Source: an uncultured Lentisphaeraceae bacterium (lineage in GTDB: Bacteria > Verrucomicrobiota > Kiritimatiellia > RFP12 > UBA1067). From it: a DNA stretch of 32,684 nt. The number at the start of each line of letters is the position of its first letter. Position 1 is the stretch's first letter. Location of the stretch: contig CAZSUM010000002.1 of the NCBI GenBank assembly GCA_964610015.1, positions 5,725 through 38,408 of the forward strand, read 5' to 3'. A program made the position numbers and the translations under genes. A model generated the notes under the pieces. That model saw only the letters and a list, made by a program, of their open reading frames with translations. It had not been told where the DNA came from and made no database searches. Shown here piece by piece: positions 1 to 11,684 of this stretch.

Positions 1-288
1 AACGGTGTATGGGGCTCGCTGGCACTTGGGTTGTTCTACAACGATGCCATTGCGAAAGAGATCGCCGGGTTGGCTACTGGTCTAACACGTGCAGCGCAAT
101 TTATGCAACAACTCAAGGGCGTTTTGCTCGTTGGCGTATTCACGGTGGTCTGTGCCTCTATCTTCTGGCTAGTGATTAAAGCGATATTGGGCTTACGTGT
201 CACTCGCGAAGAAGAACTGGCGGGCTTGGATATCGGTGAGCATGGAAATGAGGCCTATCCTGACTTTCAGGGTTTTCTGACTAAATAA
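1..288 (+). CDS. amt: Ammonium transporter (Amt family), C-terminal fragment truncated by the window start
   Basis: The frame is open from nt 1 ([15 protein letters not shown]...). It has a hydrophobic last TM helix and an acidic tail, [15 protein letters not shown], typical of Amt C-termini. A P-II gene follows directly. Confidence 0.85.
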   Translation, partial: NGVWGSLALGLFYNDAIAKEIAGLATGLTRAAQFMQQLKGVLLVGVFTVVCASIFWLVIKAILGLRVTREEELAGLDIGEHGNEAYPDFQGFLTK

Positions 289-308
289 ACAACCGAAGAG
301 GTTTACAA

Positions 309-650
309 ATGAAACTGATCATCGCGGTTATCCAACCCGACAAACTCACGGATGTCAAAGAAGCTCTGCTCGTTGCAGGTATCAAAAAAATGACGATCTC
401 GAATGTGATTGGGTGCGGCCAGCAAATGGGCTACACCGAAACCTATCGTGGGATTCCTTCAGAAATCAATCTGCTGAAGAAAGTCGAACTGCGCATCGCT
501 ATAAATGATGAGTTCGTTGAACCGACCGTGGATGCCATTATGCGAGGTGCGCGGAGCGGGCGAATTGGAGATGGAAAGATTTTCATTTTGGATTTGATGG
601 ATTGTATTCGCATACGGACCCGAGAGCGTGGTTCGGATGCCATTGGCTGA
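309..650 (+). CDS. glnK: Nitrogen regulatory protein P-II (GlnK type, linked to amt)
   Basis: 113 aa that align without gaps to E. coli GlnK/GlnB (MKL..I.P.KL.DVKEAL, T-loop GYTETYRG, C-terminal GDGKIF). The RBS is GAAGAGG. It lies 20 nt downstream of amt. Confidence 0.92.
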   Translation: MKLIIAVIQPDKLTDVKEALLVAGIKKMTISNVIGCGQQMGYTETYRGIPSEINLLKKVELRIAINDEFVEPTVDAIMRGARSGRIGDGKIFILDLMDCIRIRTRERGSDAIG

Positions 651-695
651 TCTCACTCCAACCAAAGGGATGTTCGTCAGCTCACGAACACCCAC

Positions 696-729
696 GCGGC
701 CGTATCGGATGATACGGCCGCGTTTTTAT
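696..729 (+). terminator. Rho-independent terminator after glnK
   Basis: Perfect 11-bp stem GCGGCCGTATC/GATACGGCCGC (696-706 and 711-721) with loop GGAT, followed by GTTTTTATT. Confidence 0.8.
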
Positions 730-814
730 TGCAGATGTATCATGCAAAAAGAGGTGTTTGAGCCTTAGCAGGGCCTATCGACTCTGAAACACATGCGGTT
801 GTTTGCGGGATACG

Positions 815-844
815 TTGACACGTTTCAACGCCATACGCTAAAAT
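815..844 (+). promoter_or_regulatory. Sigma-70-like promoter, TTGACA-18 nt-TAAAAT
   Basis: TTGACA at 815-820 and TAAAAT at 839-844. The -10 element ends only 6 nt before the ATG at 851, and there is no Shine-Dalgarno sequence. Confidence 0.4.
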
Positions 845-850
845 CATGAA

Positions 851-1675
851 ATGAAAAACGTACTATCTGCATTGCTTACCACGCTTCTGGCCGTTACGGT
901 TATGGCTGATACCATTGACTGGAATCCTGAAAAAACTACGAAATGGCATGATGAGACCCGTCATCACTTTACTGTTGCTGGTCGTCCCTGCTGGGTGACA
1001 GTGCCGAAAACCCCTCGTCCCGGAAATCCATGGGTCTGGTGTATGATTTTCCCAGGTGTTTTTGAAACGCGTACGGGTGTCATTCCGCTGGTTAAGGATG
1101 GCTTCTATTTTATTCATATGGATGTCGGCAACACATACGGTGCGCCTGAAGCACTCGATCAAATGGATGCCTTTTATAAGTTTATCGTTTCTAAAGGGCT
1201 GAGTAAAAAAGGTGCTCTGCTCGGTATCAGTCGTGGTGGGCTTTACGTCTATCGGTTTGCGACGCGAAATCCTGAACGAGTGACCTGCATCTATGGCGAC
1301 TCCCCGGTCTGCGATTTTAAAAGCTGGCCGGGACAAAAAAGTGGCAAGTCGTGGGAAGATGTGAAAACCCTTTACGGGTTCAAGGATGATGCTGAAGCAT
1401 TGGCTTTTAGAGGTAATCCAGTTGACACAGTGGAGACTTTGGCTAAAGCGAACATTCCTTTAATTCATGTGGTCGGCGATGCCGACGACGTGGTTCCCGT
1501 CTCGCAGAACACGGCGATTATCGAGCAACGATATAAGGCGCTGGGCGGATCTATTGAGGTTTTTCACAAACCTGGGTGTGGCCATCATCCTCATGGACTT
1601 GAAGACCCAACATCGGTCGTCAACCTGATTAAGACCTATACGGAACGTGCTGCGGCTGGCTGTGGCTGTAAGTAA
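851..1675 (+). CDS. Secreted alpha/beta-fold hydrolase (esterase or peptidase-like)
   Basis: N-terminal signal peptide (LLTTLLAVTVMA). Nucleophile elbow G-I-S-R-G-G, then a later VVGDADDVVP (Asp) and GCGHHPHG (His) in catalytic-triad order. Confidence 0.7.
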   Translation: MKNVLSALLTTLLAVTVMADTIDWNPEKTTKWHDETRHHFTVAGRPCWVTVPKTPRPGNPWVWCMIFPGVFETRTGVIPLVKDGFYFIHMDVGNTYGAPEALDQMDAFYKFIVSKGLSKKGALLGISRGGLYVYRFATRNPERVTCIYGDSPVCDFKSWPGQKSGKSWEDVKTLYGFKDDAEALAFRGNPVDTVETLAKANIPLIHVVGDADDVVPVSQNTAIIEQRYKALGGSIEVFHKPGCGHHPHGLEDPTSVVNLIKTYTERAAAGCGCK

Positions 1676-1837
1676 CGCGGGTGCGTACAGTCCACGACGA
1701 CGTCTCGGTAACCGATATCGCGCTACCTTATGTAGCACGTCGTTTACCGGCAGGGTTCGCCTTATGTGGCTTTGGCGGGCACAACTTTCAAAAGATTCTG
1801 TTTCTGTGATGAACCGGATCAAGAATCCTCTGCGGTT

Positions 1838-3313
1838 ATGAAACATCACAACGCATCATGTCCATCCTCCACCTCAACCGAGATTCTGCTTGTGGCAGTC
1901 AATGCGCGTTACAGCCATTGTGCGTTTGCCGCTCGTTCGCTATTGGCCAATTTGGGGGTGTTTGCTACAAGGGCGCGTTTGCTGGAAACAGATCTTGAGA
2001 TCACACCCTTGCAGTTGGTGGAACGAATTGTTGCACAACGACCTAAAGTAATCGGGTTTTCTGTCTATCTGTGGAATACACGCCTGATCGAAAATACCGC
2101 GCAATTGCTACGCGTGATCGATCCACAGGTTTTCTTGGTCGCAGGAGGACCTGAGTTTACAGACCATGACCCGCGAGACGTTTACTTTGATGCACTGATT
2201 ATCGGGGAAGGGGAAACGATCTTTCGTGAACTTTGCGCACAGGTGTTAGAGTCGAGCAATTGCGAATGTGCACGATCCGTGTATTCGCAGAACCGTTGCG
2301 TCTGCGTGCCGCCTGAAGATCTGTCCACACTGAGGCTACCTTATCACCTGTATAGCGATGCTGACCTTGCGCATCGCATTGTATACGTGGAGGCAAGCCG
2401 GGGGTGTCCGTATTTCTGCACGTATTGTACTTCTGCGGGCACAGGACTTCGCTTGATTCCTCTTGATACCCTGTTGCCAGCACTCGAAACCCTCTGGAAA
2501 CGCGGGTTGCGACGTTACAAATTTTTGGATCGTACCTTCAATGCAGCAGTTCCACATGCTGTTGCTTTGCTCGATTTTTTTCTCGCACGTGTAACCCCTG
2601 ACTTGCAAATCCATCTGGAGATCAATCCTGAGGGGCTTTCTCAAACGGTTTACCAGCGTATGGCTGCCTTCCCGGCAGGATGCCTGCACCTAGAAGTCGG
2701 CATTCAGACACTCAATCCGCAAACGTCACAAATGATTGGGCGTGGCAAGAATCCTACTGCTGTTCTTGAAACCCTAGAACGTCTCACACATCAAACGGGT
2801 GCGATGGTGCACGCTGATCTGATCTTCGGTCTACCAGGAGAGGACGAGGCCTCCTTTGCTCAGGGATTCAATACCTTGCTCTCTGCCTGTCATCCTCCTG
2901 AGGTGCAGGTTAATTTGCTCAAAGGATTACCAGGTACGCATCTCGCGACCCATGCAACGGAACTCGGGTTGGCGTTTAACTCAGCGCCACCTTATGAGTT
3001 ACTGTACTCGGATGAGATGGATTTTGCGACGCTGATGCGGATCCAAAATTTTGCTCGCTGTTGGGAGCTCGTGCATAACCGAGGACGTTTTCCACACACG
3101 CTACGTGTTTTACATAACGCCTGTCATGCCGATCTCTACAGCGCATATCAGGATCTTGCCAATCGCTTGCTTGCCGCGGAAGGAAAACTTTTCGCAATCA
3201 GTTTGCCTCGCTTGGCACGTTTGCTGGCCGAGTATCTGTCCACTGTTGCAGGACTCTCGCCTAGTGAGGCAAAAGCCGTGCTAACAGCGGATCTTAACGC
3301 TAAACCGGGATAA
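1838..3313 (+). CDS. B12-binding-domain radical SAM protein (class B, DUF4080-type C-terminus)
   Basis: N-terminal ILLVAVNARYSH...GFSVYLWN resembles a cobalamin-binding domain. It carries a CxxxCxxC motif (EASRGCPYFCTYCTS). I prefer the ATG at 1838 over the GTG at 1766 used by the ORF track. Confidence 0.8.
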   Translation: MKHHNASCPSSTSTEILLVAVNARYSHCAFAARSLLANLGVFATRARLLETDLEITPLQLVERIVAQRPKVIGFSVYLWNTRLIENTAQLLRVIDPQVFLVAGGPEFTDHDPRDVYFDALIIGEGETIFRELCAQVLESSNCECARSVYSQNRCVCVPPEDLSTLRLPYHLYSDADLAHRIVYVEASRGCPYFCTYCTSAGTGLRLIPLDTLLPALETLWKRGLRRYKFLDRTFNAAVPHAVALLDFFLARVTPDLQIHLEINPEGLSQTVYQRMAAFPAGCLHLEVGIQTLNPQTSQMIGRGKNPTAVLETLERLTHQTGAMVHADLIFGLPGEDEASFAQGFNTLLSACHPPEVQVNLLKGLPGTHLATHATELGLAFNSAPPYELLYSDEMDFATLMRIQNFARCWELVHNRGRFPHTLRVLHNACHADLYSAYQDLANRLLAAEGKLFAISLPRLARLLAEYLSTVAGLSPSEAKAVLTADLNAKPG

Positions 3314-3318
3314 CCGCG

Positions 3319-4107
3319 ATGTCTGACTCCTTCACGCCGGTTGAAAATGTCACCCCCTATGCGAGCGGTGAATGCAAACGCGATCAGGTCAAACAGACCT
3401 TTGATACGCTTGCGCATGGCTACGATCGACTCAATCGCATTCTCTCCCTTGGCATCGATCGATCATGGCGCTATCGTGCGTTACGCCCGTTGCGAGAGCA
3501 CTCCCCTGCTCGTGTACTTGATATGGCGACGGGAACTGCAGACCTTGCCATCCTTGCGGCACGTCTGCTACCAGAGGTGCAGGTGACAGGGATTGATCTC
3601 TCTAACGAGATGCTGGCGATTGGACGAACCAAGATTGCGAACGCAGGACTCACAGAACGCATCACGTTACAGCAAGGCGACTGTCTGGATAGTGCCCTGC
3701 CGGACGAACTGTTTGATGTCGTCATGGCGGGTTTCGGCGTACGCAACTTTGCCAGTTTGTCGGCAGGATTTGGCGAAATGTATCGTGTTTTGGCTCCAGG
3801 TGGCCAACTTGTGATTCTTGAACTTTCCAAACCGATTACTTGGCCTTGGCGAGTCCTCTACCGTTTTTATCTGCGCTACGTTATTACGTGCGTAGGGCGT
3901 CTCCTGACAGGGCACGCACAAGAGTATGCTTATCTTCCAGCTTCTATTGAGCAGGTGCCACAACGGGAGGGTATGTGTGCCTTGCTACGAGACGCTGGAT
4001 TTTCGGCCTGTCATTTTAGCTCCTATACCTTCGGAATTTGTACCTGTTATCGGGCAACACGAGGCGAGTCGAAGATGTCAGACTGTCCTCCCTCGTTAAC
4101 TACTTGA
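3319..4107 (+). CDS. ubiE: Demethylmenaquinone/ubiquinone C-methyltransferase (UbiE/MenG family)
   Basis: Signature FDTLAHGYDRLNRILSLGIDRSWR, SAM motif I VLDMATGTAD, and GFGVRNF. It starts 5 nt after the radical SAM stop. Confidence 0.85.
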   Translation: MSDSFTPVENVTPYASGECKRDQVKQTFDTLAHGYDRLNRILSLGIDRSWRYRALRPLREHSPARVLDMATGTADLAILAARLLPEVQVTGIDLSNEMLAIGRTKIANAGLTERITLQQGDCLDSALPDELFDVVMAGFGVRNFASLSAGFGEMYRVLAPGGQLVILELSKPITWPWRVLYRFYLRYVITCVGRLLTGHAQEYAYLPASIEQVPQREGMCALLRDAGFSACHFSSYTFGICTCYRATRGESKMSDCPPSLTT

Positions 4108-4282
4108 TGATCCGTCAAAACCGGGAGGTCATGGAAGACTCCTTACACGGCCTCAAGACAAGATCAACAAGGAACTGCCTTCAGATACGTCACCGAAAAA
4201 CAGATTCCTACGCTACAGGATTTCATCAACGCAATATGCAGAAGCGGTCTGCAATTAGTCTGACTTTTAGGGGCCTTCGCGG

Positions 4283-4312
4283 TTGACAGAATACGCGGAA
4301 TAACGCTTAAAA
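4283..4312 (+). promoter_or_regulatory. Candidate sigma-70-like promoter of gyrB, TTGACA-18 nt-TTAAAA
   Basis: TTGACA at 4283-4288 and TTAAAA at 4307-4312, about 75 nt upstream of the gyrB ATG. Confidence 0.35.
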
Positions 4313-4357
4313 CCGTTGTCATTCGCTTGTACCTCACCCTGATTTAAGTTATACTAA

Positions 4358-6868
<2,511 letters not shown>

Positions 6869-6929
6869 GACACACGGTTTAGGGCGTGTCAATCAGACCT
6901 GTTCTCAGCGCGTGTCTGTGAAAACACAA

Positions 6930-6970
6930 AAACGATGCGACACTTGCTTTTTGCAAGTGCCGCATCGTTT
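6930..6970. terminator. Bidirectional rho-independent terminator between convergent gyrB and gdhA
   Basis: 18-bp stem AAACGATGCGACACTTGC / GCAAGTGCCGCATCGTTT with one mismatch and loop TTTTT. It is flanked by an A-run upstream and a T-rich tract downstream, so it can work on both strands. Confidence 0.75.
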
Positions 6971-6992
6971 ATTTCTTATACCACACAGTTGC

Positions 6993-8342
<1,350 letters not shown>

Positions 8343-8393
8343 TTATGCGGATTCACTTAAAAATCCAACCTTTATCCGCGTATTAATAAATGG

Positions 8394-8409
8394 AGCAAAA
8401 AAAATGCCA
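8394..8409 (-). promoter_or_regulatory. Candidate sigma-54 (-24/-12) promoter upstream of gdhA
   Basis: The minus strand reads TGGCATTTTTTTTGCT. This matches TGGCAC-N5-TTGCW with the exact GG-to-GC spacing of 12 nt. The predicted TSS is about 50 nt upstream of the gdhA ATG. Confidence 0.4.
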
Positions 8410-8495
8410 TTCATGATATATAAGAAAAAGCGCCCTATATGGACTCAAGATGGGTCTATTCGAGTGCAGCAAGCTCTTTTTGGGGGTTGCAAAAA

Positions 8496-8521
8496 TGTCG
8501 TAAAAATAGGCAAAAACGACA
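8496..8521. promoter_or_regulatory. Inverted repeat TGTCGT-N14-ACGACA, a possible enhancer or regulator site
   Basis: Perfect 6-bp arms located about 110-140 nt upstream of the putative sigma-54 start, inside a 357-nt AT-rich divergent spacer. Confidence 0.3.
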
Positions 8522-8656
8522 TTATTGTCTGTTTTATCGTTTCGAGGGGGGCGGATAAAAATCCGTGATATAGCTCAAAATGCAAATTAAATACCTGTCC
8601 CTTTATTGTGAAAATCTAGTCTTTCGCATCGAGCGTCGCACGTATACGAAATCAGA

Positions 8657-8685
8657 TTGCCTGTTTTGACTTTGTCGCCTATGAT
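8657..8685 (+). promoter_or_regulatory. Sigma-70-like promoter, TTGCCT-17 nt-TATGAT
   Basis: TTGCCT at 8657-8662 and TATGAT at 8680-8685. The -10 element ends 5 nt before the ATG at 8691, and there is no SD. Confidence 0.4.
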
Positions 8686-8690
8686 AACGC

Positions 8691-10457
8691 ATGTCTGTCA
8701 TGTCAATTTGTGAAAAACCTTTACCACCTACATGCGAACTGGAACTTCAGCGACTCATCGCTGGGGTTCCGGATAGTGAGCTGTCGCTTTTGGTCGCTAC
8801 TGACCCTGCTTTTAGCACGGGGGGATTTCGCTTAGACAGTAAGCCCGCTGTGATTCGTGCGAGACTGCTGCAAATTGTCAATAGTTCCCAGCCGCTCTCT
8901 GACACCTTACGACGGACGCTCGCACGTCGTTCGCAAACTGCGGCAATCACAACGCTTCTGTCCACTGAGCTACTTGTTGAGATGCGTCATGCGCTGGTTA
9001 CGTTGCTTGGAACCCCCCTGTTTCTGATTGCCTTGCTGCTCGACGAACGTCCTGATGTTCGCGAAAAAGGGGTCTCGTGGCTCGCAGACACCGAGTCTTT
9101 TCTGCCGCTTTCACCCGAAGACGCGCTGAAGCACTTGCAAGAACGGTTCGGGGGACTAACAACGCTCTTGGGCAGTGAACTGATTTCTGGTCAGCCCGCA
9201 ACGCAACAAGCTTGGCGTGCCCAGAAGGATCGCCTTGAGGATCGTCTTCGCCAGCTTCAAACGGAAAATCGTCGTCTCAAAGGCGTGGATGATCGTCTTG
9301 CACGAATCACTACAAAACTGGCAACCTGTGAAACTGAGTTGACTGATGCACGGGAAAAGATACGATCAGCCGCTACACTTCTGAAACAGCGTCAAATCGA
9401 ACTGGAGACGATCCAAAGTGAGCTGAAACGCGAACAGACGCAGCGTGACGAACGCTTGCGTGCGGCGCTGGAACTTGCTCTGGCAACGGAATTTCATGGT
9501 TGGCTGGCGCAAGCCTGCGCACTGGAACAGTGCGTCGAGAAGCAAAGTCAAGTACATGAAGATCTTCTAATACAAGCTGAATCGGCCCTCAAAAAACAAC
9601 AGGAGCGTGACCGCCACAGTGGTAATCGAGCGTTACTGCGGGTGCGCCTGGAGCACTTGACTGCGGCTTATACTCGCGTCCGGCAAGCGCTTTGCGAGGC
9701 GCTGCACCAAACCCCAGAACTCAAGCGCTTGGAACCTCTCTTGGGGCATGAAATTGAGAGCTTGAAACATCTTCTCGATCCAACGCCAGCGGTTACGCCT
9801 TTAGAGGATGCCTTGCTGATACGCATTCACAACGCAGAGGAGAATGATCTCCCTCGCGTGTGTGAGTTGCCCCAACAACTCGCGGACCTCCACATCTTGG
9901 ATGCTCCTGCGCTGGACCGTTTGCAACTCGCATTTCAAAAACGTTTAATGGCAACGCATGCTACGGTGCTACCGCCTGATCCACGTATGCAGGTTCGTAA
10001 CCCGTCCGTCGCACTGCTGAGTCGCGCGCTCTGCGGACAGTGCCCCGCCATCCTGTTGATTGATGGCCACAATCTGCTGTTTGGTTTGCCCACGCGATAT
10101 AATCCAACGCGTGGTCGGTCGCGTACTGAAGCTGAAAAGCGCGATTTGCTCACCGCCGATATTGTGCGTTTAATATCCCCGATGCCATCCATACGCGTCT
10201 GGATTATTTTTGACGGTCCCACGCGGAGTGATACCCAAGCCGCGCCAAATGTGCGGGTCACCTACTCAGGTGGCGAAGGTGAGCACCGGGCAGATAAGGT
10301 TTTGCTCGATAACGTTCGTTTCTTCAAATCTTCAGCGCCGGATCTGGCTGTGATCTTGGTCAGTAATGACCGAGACCTTTGTTTGGCTGCACGACGTCTT
10401 GGCGCCTGCGACCTACCAGTTCTGGAATTCGGTGCCTTCTTCCACCCCATTGATTGA
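8691..10457 (+). CDS. Coiled-coil protein with a C-terminal YacP/Rae1-like NYN (PIN-like) ribonuclease domain
   Basis: The C-terminus has ILLIDGHNLLFG...VWIIFDG...VTYSGGEGEHRADKVL...ILVSNDRDL, which matches the YacP NYN pattern. Residues ~180-340 are heptad-rich (RLEDRLRQLQTENRRLK...). I recognise nothing in the N-terminal ~180 aa. Confidence 0.7.
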   Translation: MSVMSICEKPLPPTCELELQRLIAGVPDSELSLLVATDPAFSTGGFRLDSKPAVIRARLLQIVNSSQPLSDTLRRTLARRSQTAAITTLLSTELLVEMRHALVTLLGTPLFLIALLLDERPDVREKGVSWLADTESFLPLSPEDALKHLQERFGGLTTLLGSELISGQPATQQAWRAQKDRLEDRLRQLQTENRRLKGVDDRLARITTKLATCETELTDAREKIRSAATLLKQRQIELETIQSELKREQTQRDERLRAALELALATEFHGWLAQACALEQCVEKQSQVHEDLLIQAESALKKQQERDRHSGNRALLRVRLEHLTAAYTRVRQALCEALHQTPELKRLEPLLGHEIESLKHLLDPTPAVTPLEDALLIRIHNAEENDLPRVCELPQQLADLHILDAPALDRLQLAFQKRLMATHATVLPPDPRMQVRNPSVALLSRALCGQCPAILLIDGHNLLFGLPTRYNPTRGRSRTEAEKRDLLTADIVRLISPMPSIRVWIIFDGPTRSDTQAAPNVRVTYSGGEGEHRADKVLLDNVRFFKSSAPDLAVILVSNDRDLCLAARRLGACDLPVLEFGAFFHPID

Positions 10458-10462
10458 AAAAA

Positions 10463-11668
10463 ATGTATACTCTTCGAATTACTGATCGAAACAGCAAAGC
10501 CTCGCAAAAAGAGAAGTTTCTGAACAATAAAATTCAGGTTGTTTCGCGTTCAGGTCTGCATGCCACCGAAACTTTGTTGATTGAAAATCTCACCCGCCTG
10601 TCCACGCAGCCCGCCTCGATTTTAATTGCCGGCAATCGGACGGGGGTCATCACCATGACGGCCCGTCACCTCTTTCCCGAGAGTGCGCTTACCTGTCATG
10701 CCTTTGATCTGCATCATGTCCGTGCCATTGGGCGAAATTTGATGGCCAATGATCATACATGGCGTTTTCAGCACGATCCGTTTGTTACCGCCATTCCGGG
10801 TTTCAGTACCTCTTCAAATGCGAATGATCGCCACGCTGTAACACTCGCTTGCACAACCTCCGTGCCATCAGGGCCCTACGACGTTGCGCTCTTCATGGCC
10901 TCTAAAGGGAGCATGAGTGGCGAATTGATCCTTGATCAGCTTGAGCAAATCCACGCTTCTTTGGCAACTGACGGCGTCTGTCTGCTGGCCTGCGAGACTG
11001 ACCGCACGGCGTTGCACAAACAGGTTAAAGCACTTTTTGGCAACGCAACCGTACTTTTTGATCGTCGTGGCGTCATCTGTTTGCTGGTACGTAAACGCGA
11101 ACCCCTTACTCAGTTGCGAAACTTCTGTGCACATTTCCCAGCCTCTGTGCCCAACGGACCACAACTCACACTCTGTTCGCTACCCGGTGTTTTCTGTCAC
11201 CGGCGTCCTGACTGGGGGGGGCTCGCACTGGCGGAGATCGCTGTAACCGAACTGACTCCCAACGCGCGTGTTCTCGATATGGGATGTGGCTGTGGGCTGG
11301 TCGGTCTTCTGCTCGCGACGAGTCGTTCGGATGCGCGGGTTACTTTTCTGGATTCGCATGCTCGTGCCTTGGCCGCTACCCATGCGAACCTTGCGACTCT
11401 CGGGTTGGAAAACCACCCCCTGGTGCTCTCAGATGAGGGACTCACGACAGGGAAGTTCTCTCTATTCGTTGGGAATCCTCCCTATTACTCTGATTTCCGG
11501 ATTGCCGAACTCTTTCTGAAAAGTGCGCGTGCGACGTTACAAAAGGGGGGGTGCTGCCTCATGGTTGCGAAAAATGCACAAAATCTCGCAGCCCGTCAGG
11601 CAGACTGTTTCGGAACGGTTGATGTCTTACCGCGGCGCGGATACGGTGTTGTCAAAAGCCGATGCTGA
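10463..11668 (+). CDS. RsmC/RlmG-like rRNA (guanine-N2) methyltransferase with two MTase-fold halves
   Basis: The C-terminal half has SAM motif VLDMGCGCGLVG and catalytic NPPY (FVGNPPYY). The N-terminal half looks like the degenerate non-catalytic MTase domain seen in RsmC. The start is either the ATG at 10463 or the TTG at 10454, which overlaps the upstream stop. Confidence 0.7.
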   Translation: MYTLRITDRNSKASQKEKFLNNKIQVVSRSGLHATETLLIENLTRLSTQPASILIAGNRTGVITMTARHLFPESALTCHAFDLHHVRAIGRNLMANDHTWRFQHDPFVTAIPGFSTSSNANDRHAVTLACTTSVPSGPYDVALFMASKGSMSGELILDQLEQIHASLATDGVCLLACETDRTALHKQVKALFGNATVLFDRRGVICLLVRKREPLTQLRNFCAHFPASVPNGPQLTLCSLPGVFCHRRPDWGGLALAEIAVTELTPNARVLDMGCGCGLVGLLLATSRSDARVTFLDSHARALAATHANLATLGLENHPLVLSDEGLTTGKFSLFVGNPPYYSDFRIAELFLKSARATLQKGGCCLMVAKNAQNLAARQADCFGTVDVLPRRGYGVVKSRC

Positions 11669-11684
11669 GAAGATCAACTCACGT

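Noticed and set aside
863-1336. 157-aa ORF on the minus strand
   Set aside because: It is entirely antisense to the well-supported alpha/beta hydrolase CDS. It has no RBS and a low-complexity Arg/Thr-rich translation.
1676-1837. Possible cobalamin riboswitch upstream of the B12-binding radical SAM gene, and the GTG-1766 N-terminal extension
   Set aside because: I found no B12-box-like sequence or the expected multi-stem structure in the 160-nt spacer. The 24-aa extension (MALAGTTFKRFCFC...) has no counterpart in the typical N-terminus of this family, which begins just before ILLV..N.RYSH.
4038-4286. 82-aa ORF overlapping the ubiE 3' end and the gyrB upstream spacer
   Set aside because: It has no RBS, overlaps ubiE out of frame, has a basic low-complexity translation, and the region contains the likely gyrB promoter.
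8404-8553. 49-codon ORF (MPFMIYKKKRPIW...) on the plus strand in the gdhA upstream spacer, with GGAG 8 nt upstream
   Set aside because: It is short, has no recognisable features, lies in an AT-rich regulatory spacer, and overlaps the putative sigma-54 promoter and palindromes. I cannot exclude a small protein without ribosome profiling or conservation data.
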